The position numbers and the translations under genes are program-made. Shown one piece after another: positions 54,325-62,125 of a stretch of 63,913 nucleotides of DNA. Below the pieces are notes generated by a model that saw only the letters and a list, made by a program, of their open reading frames with translations, was not told the DNA's origin and ran no database searches. Origin of the DNA: Octopus sinensis (Eukaryota); assembly GCF_006345805.1 (NCBI RefSeq), contig NC_043025.1, positions 3,410,088 through 3,474,000 of the forward strand, given 5' to 3'. Position 1 is the first letter of the stretch. Every line of letters begins with the position of its first letter.

Positions 54325-54606
54325 GTATGTATATATGTATGTATGTATCAATGTATGTACGTATGTATTTATTAATTTTTATTTCAGTTCAGCAGAACGG
54401 AAAAATATATTTACTATATACAGTGAGGTGGTCAGAAATGTTACTAAAGATGAGCTGAGGCACAACATATATAATGTTATAAATTCATCCAAGACGCTGC
54501 AGGATTTGGAAATTCAACAGCAGAATATAGAATTAATTGATGAAAGTAGGACATAATTTTCTTATTATTTCTATCACAATTACCTTCATACTATTGCTAA
54601 CACAAT

Positions 54607-54647
<41 letters not shown>

Positions 54648-55532
54648 GTTGGTGTTATTGTTAGAGATTGTGGTAGCTCTGTTGTGATCTGTATTGCTGT
54701 TGTGCTAATTGTTGTCATCTTCCTTATTTTCCGCACCCTCGATGGAGTGTTGTTGCAACCAAAGCTGTTTTTCTCTCCATACTTGTCACTGTTGCTCTCG
54801 CGTTCCTCTTATGAATCTCTTCTGAAATCTTCCGGAAGCTGTTGTTGCTGTCACCATTGTTACTTTTTGATCATAATTAGATTTATCTTCACCATTACCA
54901 TCATCATCGTCATCATCGTCATCATCATCAGTTGCTAATACCATTCAGTGAAAACACACACACATCTGTTTCTTTACCTGTTCTCGAAACCAGAATGTTT
55001 TCAATAAATCAGCAATTTTTCTTTTGTGTACCTTTCTTCACTCAAATTCCATCTGTTTGTCTCGCTCGGCTGTTTGTGTTCTTGCATTTTCGTTTCGTTT
55101 CAATTATGCAAATTACCCAAAGCCAAAAGATATTTTCAACAGATGCAAGCTCAGCGCTTCACTGACAGATTAACAAAATTCGGATGTTTTCTTTAGCTCA
55201 AACAGGGAAATTATTTGATGTTGCAAACAATTTGTCTGGGCACAAATTCACTTTGTGCGACGTATTCATGTTCCCTTTTCAACAAGGAAAGATAGATGCT
55301 CATACACAACTGAAGCTTTTTCATCCACGTCTAACAAACATGCAATGGAAACAAATCCCTTGCCTCTGTCGAACAAGGATATCATGTTCTGCATTAGGTT
55401 CGTTCGTTTCATCTGTTTTTAACAGCACCAAGTGTCAACCTAAAGTCTATGTATTTCCAGAATAAATATATGTATGTATGTATGTATGCATGTATGTATG
55501 TATGTATGTATGTATGTATGTATGTATGTATG

Positions 55533-55566
<34 letters not shown>

Positions 55567-56429
55567 TGTATGTATGTGTGTAGGTAGGTAGGTAGGTAGG
55601 TAGGTAGGTAGGTAGGTAGGTTGGTAGGTATGTATGTATGTATACATGTATGTATGTATGTATGTATGACGGGCTTCTTTCAGTTTCCGCCTACCAAATC
55701 CACTCTGGCCCGAGGCTATAGATTAAGACACCTGCTCAAACTGCCACATAGTGGAACTGAACCAGGAACCATGAGGTTTGGAAACAAGATTTTACGACAG
55801 AAAAACGCCTGCGCCTCCACATATAATATTCATACATACACACACACGCACACACGCACGCACACACACACACACACACACACATACACACACAGTAGAC
55901 CACTCTTTTATTTTGATTCTGTGACTGGTCCCTTGTTCTACCAAGTATTGAAGAGCACTTTGAAGTAGTAGAGTTTATTTCGGACAAGATTTGGCACCCC
56001 CATATCTCGTTGGTTCATCCTTCTTTAATCAGAATCCTTCTTTTTTAAGGACAGCCTCTATGTCACTGCCTTACATGCCCATGATTTGTACTTATCTCAC
56101 TAAGGAAGTAAATCTTTCTTTCTTGAAACATCATGGAAGGTTGATGGTGAGGCATTTTCGAGGGAATTGATTAATAGTTCAATGTTGAGGTCACGCCTGG
56201 CTTGCCTCAAGGAGATAATTTAATAATTACAAAATATCCTAAAAATAGAACAAAATGATCAGATTCCTGTTTAGCACAAGAGTATGTCTCCCCAGATATA
56301 CTGATAACGATTCATGAATCATTGCCCTCAACTCAGCCAGCACGTCCAAACTATTTATTTACAACAGCAACTACTACTACTACTACTACTGCTGCTGCTA
56401 CTACTACTACTACCACCACCGTCACCACA

Positions 56430-56496
<67 letters not shown>

Positions 56497-58985
56497 TTAC
56501 TACTAGTGGCTTTTACCATATACATGTTTTGCTTCTTTTCCAGGGTCTTGTAATGAAGACACAACCTCAAATAATGGTATTTTCCATTGGCCAGTGACGA
56601 AAATAGGAAGCAATGCGACGATTCCATGCCATGCAAATGTAGCAACGAGACTCTGGTTCGTTTCTATTGTTTCATTTCTTCTCAGAATCTGTAGTTTTCT
56701 GTGTCATCATATTATGAGAGAATGTTACATGGTAGAGGAAATAAAACGCCAAGAGAGATTAAGATGACGAGATTAATGTCCTTCGGTTGAAATCGCTTGT
56801 CAACAATTTTACATTTTATATGTTTTATATATTATATGTTTTATATATTATGTATTTTATGTATTATGTGTTTTATATATTATGTGTTTTGTAAGTGTTT
56901 TATATATTATGTGACACAATTTTGCTTTGGTCTAACTTCCAAGATTTGATTTGTTGCCAATATTAGACAAAGATTGAAGGCAAACTGGCAGAATCGTTAA
57001 CTCGTCAGGCGAAATGTTTAGCAGCGCTTCGTCTGTCTTTATGTTCTGATATCAAATTCCGTCGAGGTTAACTTTGCCTTTTCTCCGTAGGAATCGATAA
57101 AATATGCCCCTTTTGAGCATTGGGGTAGGTGCAATAGACTTAGCCTCCCCTCCAAAATGGTTGGTCTTGTGCCAACATTTGAAAGCAATATTTAACAAAA
57201 CATCAGCTCGTCCAGTTGGAAAATTCATTTTATATTTATTTTGAGGATCGGAATCTGGAATAAATAATAGACGTCTTACAAAAACGCATTACACTATTTA
57301 CTCTTCTTTCACTAGATTATGAGTTCAAATCCCAACCAGGTCTATGATCTCTTCATTACTCTGAGATTGATGAGAGAATGTCTTACATTTATTTTTTCAG
57401 TTCTTCCAGGACGGTGAAGCATCCAGAAATGGCATCAAACCAATCTAGGACATCACTAAAATGTTCACCATTTACTGGTATCTGGCAAGAACCAGACATG
57501 TCACAATGTTACAATACTGAGGGGATCACTCGACGACTAAAAGACATCAGAAGCCAAGACATTGATCAAAGTAAGCGAGTGATTATGATTCGAAATACTT
57601 TTACTGTATATGTATGTGTCTTTGCATTTCTCCTTCCTTACGACCACCATATACGTGTGTGTTTGTTGCTAATTAATATTTTATCTTTCAAGCGGTAGCA
57701 CCCTTTTCAGTTCTCCAGCAATATATTCATCTCGTCCAATTGCAGATCAATTGATTCACTTATGGAATCGTTATGACACATTTTATTAATTAGGAGAGTT
57801 GCGTCTATTTTTATATCGTTAAAACTACTCCTTCCTTAACTTTCTGCCGATGGGCTGACTACATAGAGAAGTAGAAAAACAACAAAGATAGTTACTGGTA
57901 CATACTTCTCCGCATACATTATGTTGGGTTATAAATCTACAATGACGCTGTCCACATAGCTGTTTATCATAGAAAATGAGCAATTTACCACTCTCAAGTG
58001 TTATTATGCGCTGTAAAATTGAAGATATTTTCATAGGCACACAGTCATTTGATGACTTCACTTTCTTTTAAAAATCTTGATGAAAACCTTTCAATTTTAC
58101 TCTTTAGATTGAGGAAGTGAGGTGGCAGAATCGTTAGCAGGTCGGGTGAAGGAAGTGCTTGGCGGCATTTCGTCTGTCTTCACTTTCTGAGTTCAAATTC
58201 CGCTGAGGTTCACTTTATCTTTCATCCTTTCGGAGTCGAGCATTGGGGGTCAATGTAACTGACTTACACCCTCCCCCACAATTGCTGGCCTTGTGTCAAA
58301 ATTTGAAGCCAATATTATTCCTTAGAACAGCGACCCTTTTTCGTTTAGATTCACCTTGGCATTGGAAAAATAATTGCGTTGAAATTAATGGCGGTTTATG
58401 ATGGTTGGTGTATCGCAGTTCATTGATTGTCAATGATATTACGTACAAACACCCTTCCACCACCGTCAAGTGTCTGCCTTACTCACCTATAAAGGGATCC
58501 CTAGTGTTGCGTAACTGCCCCGCTGTTCCAGTTAATGTTACAGTGCAGGGGCCCCTAAGACTGTATAACGATGAACTGAACAACCGATGAACTGAACACA
58601 TTAAGTTCCTTAAAGCTGGAGTCGTTAATTAACTTCCGGTGATTCATTAATTGTTTTGTGACATTTAATTTGCGTTTAATGTTTGAACTCAAATCGATTG
58701 TAATTCCATTAAATTTCATGTTAAATTTTTCATTGCAGGGAATATCGCCAATATTTCGAAAGAGGCATTGAATGTTTCGCAGAAATCAGTGTATTTCAAA
58801 CAACAAGATATTGACTTGGCTGTAGATATTCTCGAGAAAATTGTGCCATTGAACGCATCGGCTGACACAAGACTGAAAATTATACGTGGTATAAACAATA
58901 TAATAAACACACCAGAGAAGGTTTTGGCTGAGGCAGAACTATCTAATAGAAGTATCAGCAGGTAATATTCAAATCTGTTTTCTGT

Positions 58986-59021
<36 letters not shown>

Positions 59022-59453
59022 AAAGAAGAAGAAGAAGAAGAAGAAGAAGAAGAAGAAAGAGAGAGAAAAAGAAAAGTAGCAGTAGCCGAAGCCATATTTG
59101 GAGCGGCACAAATAATAAAATTTGCTGCATCAACGCTAACCTAGCAACAACGAAAGTAGTAGAAGCATCAGTAGCATACAAGCCTTGTTAGCTAAGCTAA
59201 TTAGTGTAATTACACCTATAGCTAATTACGTATTAGAAGCACACTGTTAATTAAAAATCGTTTTCTTGATTTTCTCTTCAGAATGCTGGGCATTATAAAA
59301 ATATTGCCAAAAACAATTCCACTGGAAGAGCAGCAAGTCAACGTTTTATACTCAAATCTTGGTATTGGTGTTTCCAAAGTGAATCAGGATAGTTTCGATG
59401 GTCTTTTCTATGGCGTTTCCTACGGAACTAATGAAACGGAAGCAAACACACAG
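10493..59453 (+). CDS. Partial multi-exon adhesion GPCR (LRR-LRRCT-LU/three-finger-like-SEA-like-HRM-GAIN), 11 exons in window
   Basis: Manual splicing of 10493-10564, 19908-20065, 23652-23743, 27879-28062, 46090-46172, 49540-49592, 54388-54545, 56544-56655, 57401-57570, 58739-58961 and 59282-59453. All introns are GT..AG, phases chain 2-2-1-0-1-0-2-1-2-1-2-0 with no stop, and the protein has 15 NxS/T sequons. The HRM motif (C..WPxT..G..AtipC..R.C..GiW.ePDmSqC) is followed by GAIN-A-like helices resembling ADGRG2/G4/G6. Confidence 0.88.
10858..11401 (-). mobile_element. Mariner transposon 3' half (TIR at left end)
   Basis: [22 protein letters not shown] and [16 protein letters not shown] on the minus strand; TIR gggtcatcccataaataatgc. 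Confidence 0.9.
11402..12720 (+). mobile_element. Gypsy pol fragment (RT/RNase H), degenerate
   Basis: [58 protein letters not shown] and VASNAS..GI motifs. Confidence 0.9.
12720..13085 (-). mobile_element. R4/Dong-like LINE 3' fragment (RLE domain)
   Basis: [24 protein letters not shown]...[21 protein letters not shown]. Confidence 0.85.
13361..13790 (+). mobile_element. Two tandem degenerate tRNA-derived SINE copies (13361-~13540, ~13574-13790)
   Basis: ggcgagctggcagaa..gttagc head, gagttcaaattc B-box and cctttcatc..gataaattaagtaccag core, matching the intact copy at 41488-41717. Confidence 0.8.
13980..14583 (+). mobile_element. Mariner transposon 5' half (TIR at left end)
   Basis: TIR ctgggtcatcccataaataatgcg; [46 protein letters not shown]. 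Confidence 0.9.
14584..15560 (-). mobile_element. Gypsy gag/protease-RT fragment, including an inverted copy of 11402-12001
   Basis: 14584-15164 is the reverse complement of 11402-12001 with scattered substitutions and one ~19-nt indel, then continues into upstream protease-like sequence. Confidence 0.85.
15570..17040 (-). mobile_element. Penelope-like element (RT to GIY-YIG), degenerate; same family as 35485-36690
   Basis: [36 protein letters not shown]....RIRVYK.A and GIY-YIG remnants on the minus strand. Confidence 0.85.
18290..19130 (-). mobile_element. R4/Dong-like LINE RT fragment
   Basis: [26 protein letters not shown] and MEFGVSRCA motifs. Confidence 0.85.
19908..20065 (+). CDS. aGPCR exon: LRR C-terminal cap ([52 protein letters not shown])
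   Basis: ctctttataattacAG acceptor and GTTAGT donor. 158 nt, phase 2-1, DLxGN then CxC...C...C four-cysteine LRRCT pattern. Confidence 0.9.
20640..22140. mobile_element. Degenerate RTE-like LINE fragments (about 20640-21240 minus, about 21340-22140 plus)
   Basis: Broken YGSE(T/M)W-like, GRP..RW.D.I and YL(K/S)YLGS-like remnants; heavily decayed. Confidence 0.5.
22560..22780 (+). repeat. Dispersed repeat also present at 39348-39782 (both orientations) and about 46940-47200
   Basis: Shared string aaaatgaccat(t/c)ccgaaatacaacaat..tgtttcaacac..cttcacat. Confidence 0.7.
23652..23743 (+). CDS. aGPCR exon: first part of LU/three-finger-like domain ([31 protein letters not shown])
   Basis: ttatgttctctAG acceptor and GAG/GTAAAC donor. 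92 nt, phase 1-0, opens with the CxxC typical of LU domains. Confidence 0.85.
24190..26620 (+). mobile_element. Degenerate L1/Tx1-like LINE (ORF2 remnants)
   Basis: [24 protein letters not shown]-like and 3' [17 protein letters not shown] remnants homologous to 42841-43457. Confidence 0.7.
27290..27510 (+). mobile_element. tRNA-derived SINE
   Basis: aaggtggcgagctggcagaatcg head and cctttcatcctttcgaggtc core. Confidence 0.85.
27879..28062 (+). CDS. aGPCR exon: second part of LU/three-finger-like domain (PVCRLTLS...[17 protein letters not shown])
   Basis: ctattcttacAG acceptor and G/GTAAGT donor. 184 nt, phase 0-1, ends in the CCxxxxCN signature of Ly6/uPAR domains. Confidence 0.9.
28940..29578 (+). 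mobile_element. Non-autonomous Helitron-like (Lep1/HINE-type) element, family A
   Basis: 5' tactagcagtatcgcccggcgttgctcggg and 3' acagacactcacacaactacagttttatatatatagat; inverted copy at 53683-54207. Confidence 0.65.
29660..30182 (-). mobile_element. Mariner fragment (5' portion)
   Basis: [48 protein letters not shown]. Confidence 0.85.
31630..31693 (-). ncRNA. Type-I hammerhead ribozyme motif with intact core
   Basis: Minus strand: CCAC CUGAAGA AUGUCU-(25 nt)-AGACAU GAAA C-GAUC-G UA GUGG. Stem I 4 bp, stem II 6 bp, palindromic helix III, GUA cleavage triplet. Confidence 0.8.
32718..33597 (-). mobile_element. Internally deleted mariner with both TIRs and TA target duplication
   Basis: TA-ttgagtcatcccattaataatgcg ... 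cgcaatatttatggtacgacccaa-TA; HTH and HPPYSPD/DYHLF remnants. Confidence 0.9.
34341..37840. mobile_element. Penelope-like element with a 5' inversion and ~1.15-kb inverted terminal arms
   Basis: Arms 34341-35484 and 36668-37840 are reverse complements. Minus-strand RT piece 35485-35658 ([10 protein letters not shown]). Plus strand 35659-36686: [12 protein letters not shown], thumb, [21 protein letters not shown] with one frameshift near 36400. Confidence 0.9.
37868..39135 (+). mobile_element. Non-autonomous Helitron-like element, family B
   Basis: actagcattatgacccgg 5' end, internal sequence shared with 51216-52398, and 3' gtaaggcatgtgtaaaatttgaatgaaattg..acacagaca. Confidence 0.6.
39348..39782. 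repeat. ~205-bp fold-back inverted repeat with 24-nt spacer
   Basis: 39348-39553 is the reverse complement of 39578-39782 with scattered mismatches. Confidence 0.9.
39830..40772 (+). mobile_element. Gypsy integrase remnant, PPT, LTR (40493-40760) and PBS-like sequence
   Basis: [24 protein letters not shown] motif; ttaaaggggaga-TGTAG...AACA followed by gtggcgatgagg. Confidence 0.75.
40790..42210. mobile_element. RTE-clade LINE, 5' truncated with inversion (minus 40790-42000, plus 42000-42210)
   Basis: Minus: [15 protein letters not shown]-terminus and [23 protein letters not shown]. Plus: TNGVK and RAKSKVKE...[11 protein letters not shown] segment. Confidence 0.85.
41488..41717 (-). mobile_element. 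Full-length tRNA-derived SINE with a perfect 14-bp TSD
   Basis: gtcaacctaatact at 41474-41487 and 41718-41731; head aaggcggcgagctggcagaaacgttagcacgccgggcgaaatgcg; B-box gagttcaaattccgcc. Confidence 0.92.
42212..44450 (+). mobile_element. 5'-truncated Tx1/L1-like LINE (42841-43920) embedded in a (TCTA)n tract
   Basis: Open zf-RVT-like [39 protein letters not shown] ending at 43457; pyrimidine-rich 3' UTR; AATAAA at 43912; (TCTA)n on both sides. Confidence 0.88.
44450..44930 (+). mobile_element. Penelope-like GIY-YIG fragment
   Basis: [26 protein letters not shown] motif. Confidence 0.7.
45290..45960 (-). mobile_element. Possible highly degenerate Penelope-like RT fragment
   Basis: Weak resemblance of minus-strand ORFs to PLE RT motif 3 region; no clean motif. 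Confidence 0.35.
46090..46172 (+). CDS. aGPCR exon: SEA-like module part 1 ([28 protein letters not shown])
   Basis: tatccttccatAG acceptor and GTGAGT donor. 83 nt, phase 1-0, the phase needed to link exon 4 to exon 6. Confidence 0.75.
47386..48970 (+). mobile_element. Full-length inactive Tc1-family transposon with long IR/DR termini and TA TSD
   Basis: TA-cagctgcggccaaaatg...cattttggccgcaactg-TA; ~220-bp TIRs; [24 protein letters not shown] and SPDLNP motifs; stops and frameshifts. Confidence 0.95.
49430..50130. repeat. (TA)n/(TG)n/(TATG)n microsatellite cluster surrounding exon 6
   Basis: Direct dinucleotide and tetranucleotide runs. Confidence 0.9.
49540..49592 (+). CDS. aGPCR exon: SEA-like module part 2 ([18 protein letters not shown])
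   Basis: ttattgcAG acceptor (weak pyrimidine tract) and AA/GTAAGC donor. 53 nt, phase 0-2, bridges its neighbours in frame. Confidence 0.7.
51216..52398 (+). mobile_element. Non-autonomous Helitron-like element, family B, second copy
   Basis: 5' hairpin ctagcattatgacccg/cgggtcatagtgctag, homology to 37868-39135, internally duplicated 3' block and acagacagac..ttttatatata end. Confidence 0.65.
53683..54207 (-). mobile_element. Non-autonomous Helitron-like element, family A, inverted copy
   Basis: Reverse complement of 28940-29578 with internal indels. Confidence 0.7.
54388..54545 (+). CDS. aGPCR exon: SEA-like module part 3 ([52 protein letters not shown])
   Basis: ttttatttcAG acceptor and A/GTAGGA donor. 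158 nt, phase 2-1, amphipathic beta-alpha-beta pattern. Confidence 0.8.
56544..56655 (+). CDS. aGPCR exon: HRM domain part 1 ([38 protein letters not shown])
   Basis: gcttcttttccAG acceptor and TG/GTTCGT donor. 112 nt, phase 1-2, C..WPxT..G....C HRM motif. Confidence 0.92.
56977..57195 (+). mobile_element. tRNA-derived SINE (degenerate) in the 745-nt intron between the HRM exons
   Basis: ggcaaactggcagaatcgttaac..caaattccgtcgagg..tttgccttt. Confidence 0.75.
57401..57570 (+). CDS. aGPCR exon: HRM part 2 and start of GAIN ([10 protein letters not shown]...[31 protein letters not shown])
   Basis: attttttcAG acceptor and A/GTAAGC donor. 170 nt, phase 2-1, GxWxxPDxSxC motif. Confidence 0.92.
58118..58320 (+). 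mobile_element. tRNA-derived SINE (degenerate)
   Basis: gaggtggcagaatcgttagcagg..gagttcaaattccgctgagg..ctttcatcctttcgg. Confidence 0.8.
58739..58961 (+). CDS. aGPCR exon: GAIN subdomain A helices ([35 protein letters not shown]...AELSNRSIS)
   Basis: tttttcattgcAG acceptor and AG/GTAATA donor. 223 nt, phase 1-2, DIxxxVxxLEKIV and NxxxxxxxxL helical pattern of ADGRG-type GAIN-A. Confidence 0.9.
59282..59453 (+). CDS. aGPCR exon: end of GAIN-A and start of GAIN-B ([58 protein letters not shown])
   Basis: tttctcttcAG acceptor and CAG/GTACCA donor. 172 nt, phase 2-0, NL(G/A)IxV...FxGL strand motif. Confidence 0.9.
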
Positions 59454-59609
59454 GTACCAAATGTTCTCATGATTACTCTCTCGTTAACCATTTTGTTATA
59501 AACACCCGAATTGATGGAATACATTTGAATTGGAAAATAATTTCATTTATTGTCGTATAAACTAGTTATTGTATACACATTATCTGATGCAACTTACAAT
59601 TTTAAATAT

Positions 59610-59704
<95 letters not shown>

Positions 59705-59889
59705 ACACTCACATACATAGCAGACAGATTAAACAAATCAGCTGCAATGCTAACCTAATAATTAGAACTTACAACTGACGGCATTATTTTTCTAATCGTT
59801 TGCTTCATCAGAAAAAAATTACATCATCATCATCATTTGTGCAAGTTTCATCTATATTATATCATCCTCATGATCATCATCATCCTCCT

Positions 59890-60420
59890 CCTCCTCATCA
59901 TCATCATCATTTAACGTCCATGTTTCATGCTGGCGTGAGTTGAATGGATTGACAAAATCCGGTCTCCCCTGGGACTGTATTGAGCTACAGTGTCAGCCTT
60001 GGCTTGATTTCTGTGGATGGCTGTTGCCCTCCCTAACGTCACCCACTTTACAGTGCGGACTGGATGCCTTTCTCATGCCATTGGCAGTGCTGAAGGCGCA
60101 TGGCTCAGTCGTTAGTATGTTGGTCTCACAACCATGAGGTAATGAGTTCGATTCCCAGACTGGGCTGTGTGTTGTTTTGTTGAGCACGTTGCTCAAGTTC
60201 ACTCAGCTGTAGAAATGAGTTGCGAGGTCACTGATGCAAAGCTGTATCGGTTTTTGCCTTTCCCCTGGATAACATTGGTGGAGAGGGAGGCTGATATGCA
60301 TGAACGACTCCACGAACAACCTCGCCCGGACTGGTGCCTCGGAGGGGAACTTCCTGGGCGCAATCCCATGGTCATTGATGAAAGAAGGGGTTCTTTACCC
60401 TTTACCCATGGCACAAGGAT
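59890..60420. mobile_element. SINE cluster, including a second tRNA-headed SINE family at 60095-60420 (+)
   Basis: ggcgcatggctcagtcgttag A-box and gagttcgattcccagac B-box. Related partial tRNA-headed copies at about 23790-24060 (-), 31264-31392 (+), 46530-46870 (-) and 55670-55800 (-). Confidence 0.7.
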
Positions 60421-61194
60421 GTAATTGAATTTTGAGTGGCTGACATGACTGGAGGCGTGGGCAATGGAGAATCTCAGTTTTGGGGAAGGTAATGAAAATA
60501 GAGGAGGAGGAGGAGATTGGTGAAAAAGCAAAAAACAAAAAAAGAAAAACGGCGGGGAGCAAGAATTAAATAAAACCATTGATAGTTAAGATATAGTGAG
60601 ATAATGCGAAGTGCAGAGGATAGAGAAGTTGCACAGTGACAGAGATAGAGGTAAGAGGCACGTAGGACTGGATATATTGAGTGACGAAAAGTAAAGGGAT
60701 TTCGATGGCAGATGTAAGAGGGTATTCAGGGCAAAGAAACGTTCATTGGAAATAGGGAACAAAAGGATGATAATCCTAGACAACAAACCTCAACTTTTTT
60801 GTTACACACACGTCAATTCCTGATTCCTATCCAATTTCTGATGCTAATTTCACAACTGACATCTAAATTGTTCTATCACATCCAGATTTTGTGTAATCGA
60901 AATCCCTTATTTTTCCTTTTTTTGTCGCCTGCTTCTATTACGAAAGCCGTCTAAGTACTTTTCCATGCCACGTTTTATGTTAAGCATACATAAATAATTA
61001 GTGAACAGGTGTGTTTTTTCCTCCTTCTTCCAGCTTAAAACAGAATTCCGCTGGAGGAGTTACCATCCCTCCGCCCAACCAACCAACCAACACCCACCCA
61101 CCCAAAGAACGTTAGTATTTTGTTGTCACTACCGAAAGGCGATTTCCTGTTCCTAAGGGAAACTTTAGTATTTTCCTCTTAATTTGTTATTTGT

Positions 61195-62125
61195 ATGAAG
61201 ACGAGTTCTCCTTCTGCAGGAACCAACAATAATCTCGCATCATATTTGGGTTGAAATTACCTTGGGATCTGTTTTCCTTAACTGAGATCTGTTGGTGGAA
61301 TCGCTCATCAGGCTTGTCGTCCAGTCTCCTAGTTTTTTCTCATTTAGATTAAATGTAAACGATAAGTCGAGGATGACACTGCGGATCTGAGGTCAAGTGA
61401 AACCTTCAGCTTCTAGGTTTGCATCTGTAAAAATTCCTTTGATTTATCCTTTAATTATTGGAAACCACTACATTGATCATCCATACTCTTCATGAAATTC
61501 TTCAAAGGCCCAAGTGTAATGTGAAGTGGTGGAAGATGGTCTTTCTGAGGGTCAGTAAGTGCTGGGTATTTCACATTGTGATTACCAACATGTTCAGTTC
61601 TAGATGGCCAATCACGTTTTTTGTTGTATTTCTTGCCATCTCTGCTGTTCCATGGACACAAAAAGCAGATAACCCAAGAAGTAATAATACAACTTTAAGG
61701 TAGTCACAAATACTACATATGTGGTCCTTATATTTGATGAAGCTTAGTAGCAGTTCCATAATTCATAAGTCTCATTAAGATCAGTGGCTAAAGATATTGA
61801 AAGATTTTCATTGCTGTTGTACAGTAATAGAGCTTTAAGACAAGCTTCCCTAGAGTCAATAGACAGTCTCCATAGTTTTGGTTCATAGCAAAAGTCAATC
61901 CTTTCCCTCAAACCACTGATATCGTGGCAGAAACAAATGTTGTCCTCGTCTAAGTAAAATGATGAAAACTGCAGATGGCGAATAGGAACTTTGGAGTTTC
62001 GCTGGAGAAAATTCCGATCTTGAGGTCTGGAACCGTGCAACTCTACCTTTTCTTTTAATAATTCCAAATTGGACACTATGTCATTTAACTCCATTTGACT
62101 TCCCAAATGTAGGGAGCTAGTTGCA
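61195..62125 (-). mobile_element. Degenerate Chapaev3-like (CMC superfamily) DNA transposase
   Basis: ELNDIVSNLELLKEKVELHGSR, WRLSIDS..CLKALLLYNSN, ICDYLKVV.LLLGL, W.SRD..Y.K.DWP.R, LPPLHITLG..KNFMKSMD and DERFHQQIS..E.R.QG..NPNMM.DYCW motifs. Family name recalled from memory, not searched. Confidence 0.7.

Noticed and set aside
54537-54938. Hydrophobic ORF resembling transmembrane helices
   Set aside because: Hydrophobicity comes from (CTA)n and (CAT)n microsatellites in intron 7; no GPCR motifs.
56368-56505. Poly-Thr stretch as a mucin-like phase 1-1 exon between SEA and HRM
   Set aside because: The only matching donor (GTGGCT) is weak and would leave a 38-nt intron; read-through is out of frame with exon 8; similar (ACT)n tracts occur at about 54607 and 58987 as plain microsatellites.
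61034-61160. Candidate next GAIN-B exon after the ttcttccAG acceptor
   Set aside because: Phase-0 translation is low-complexity, lacks GAIN/GPS motifs and has no convincing donor; the next exon probably lies beyond the window.
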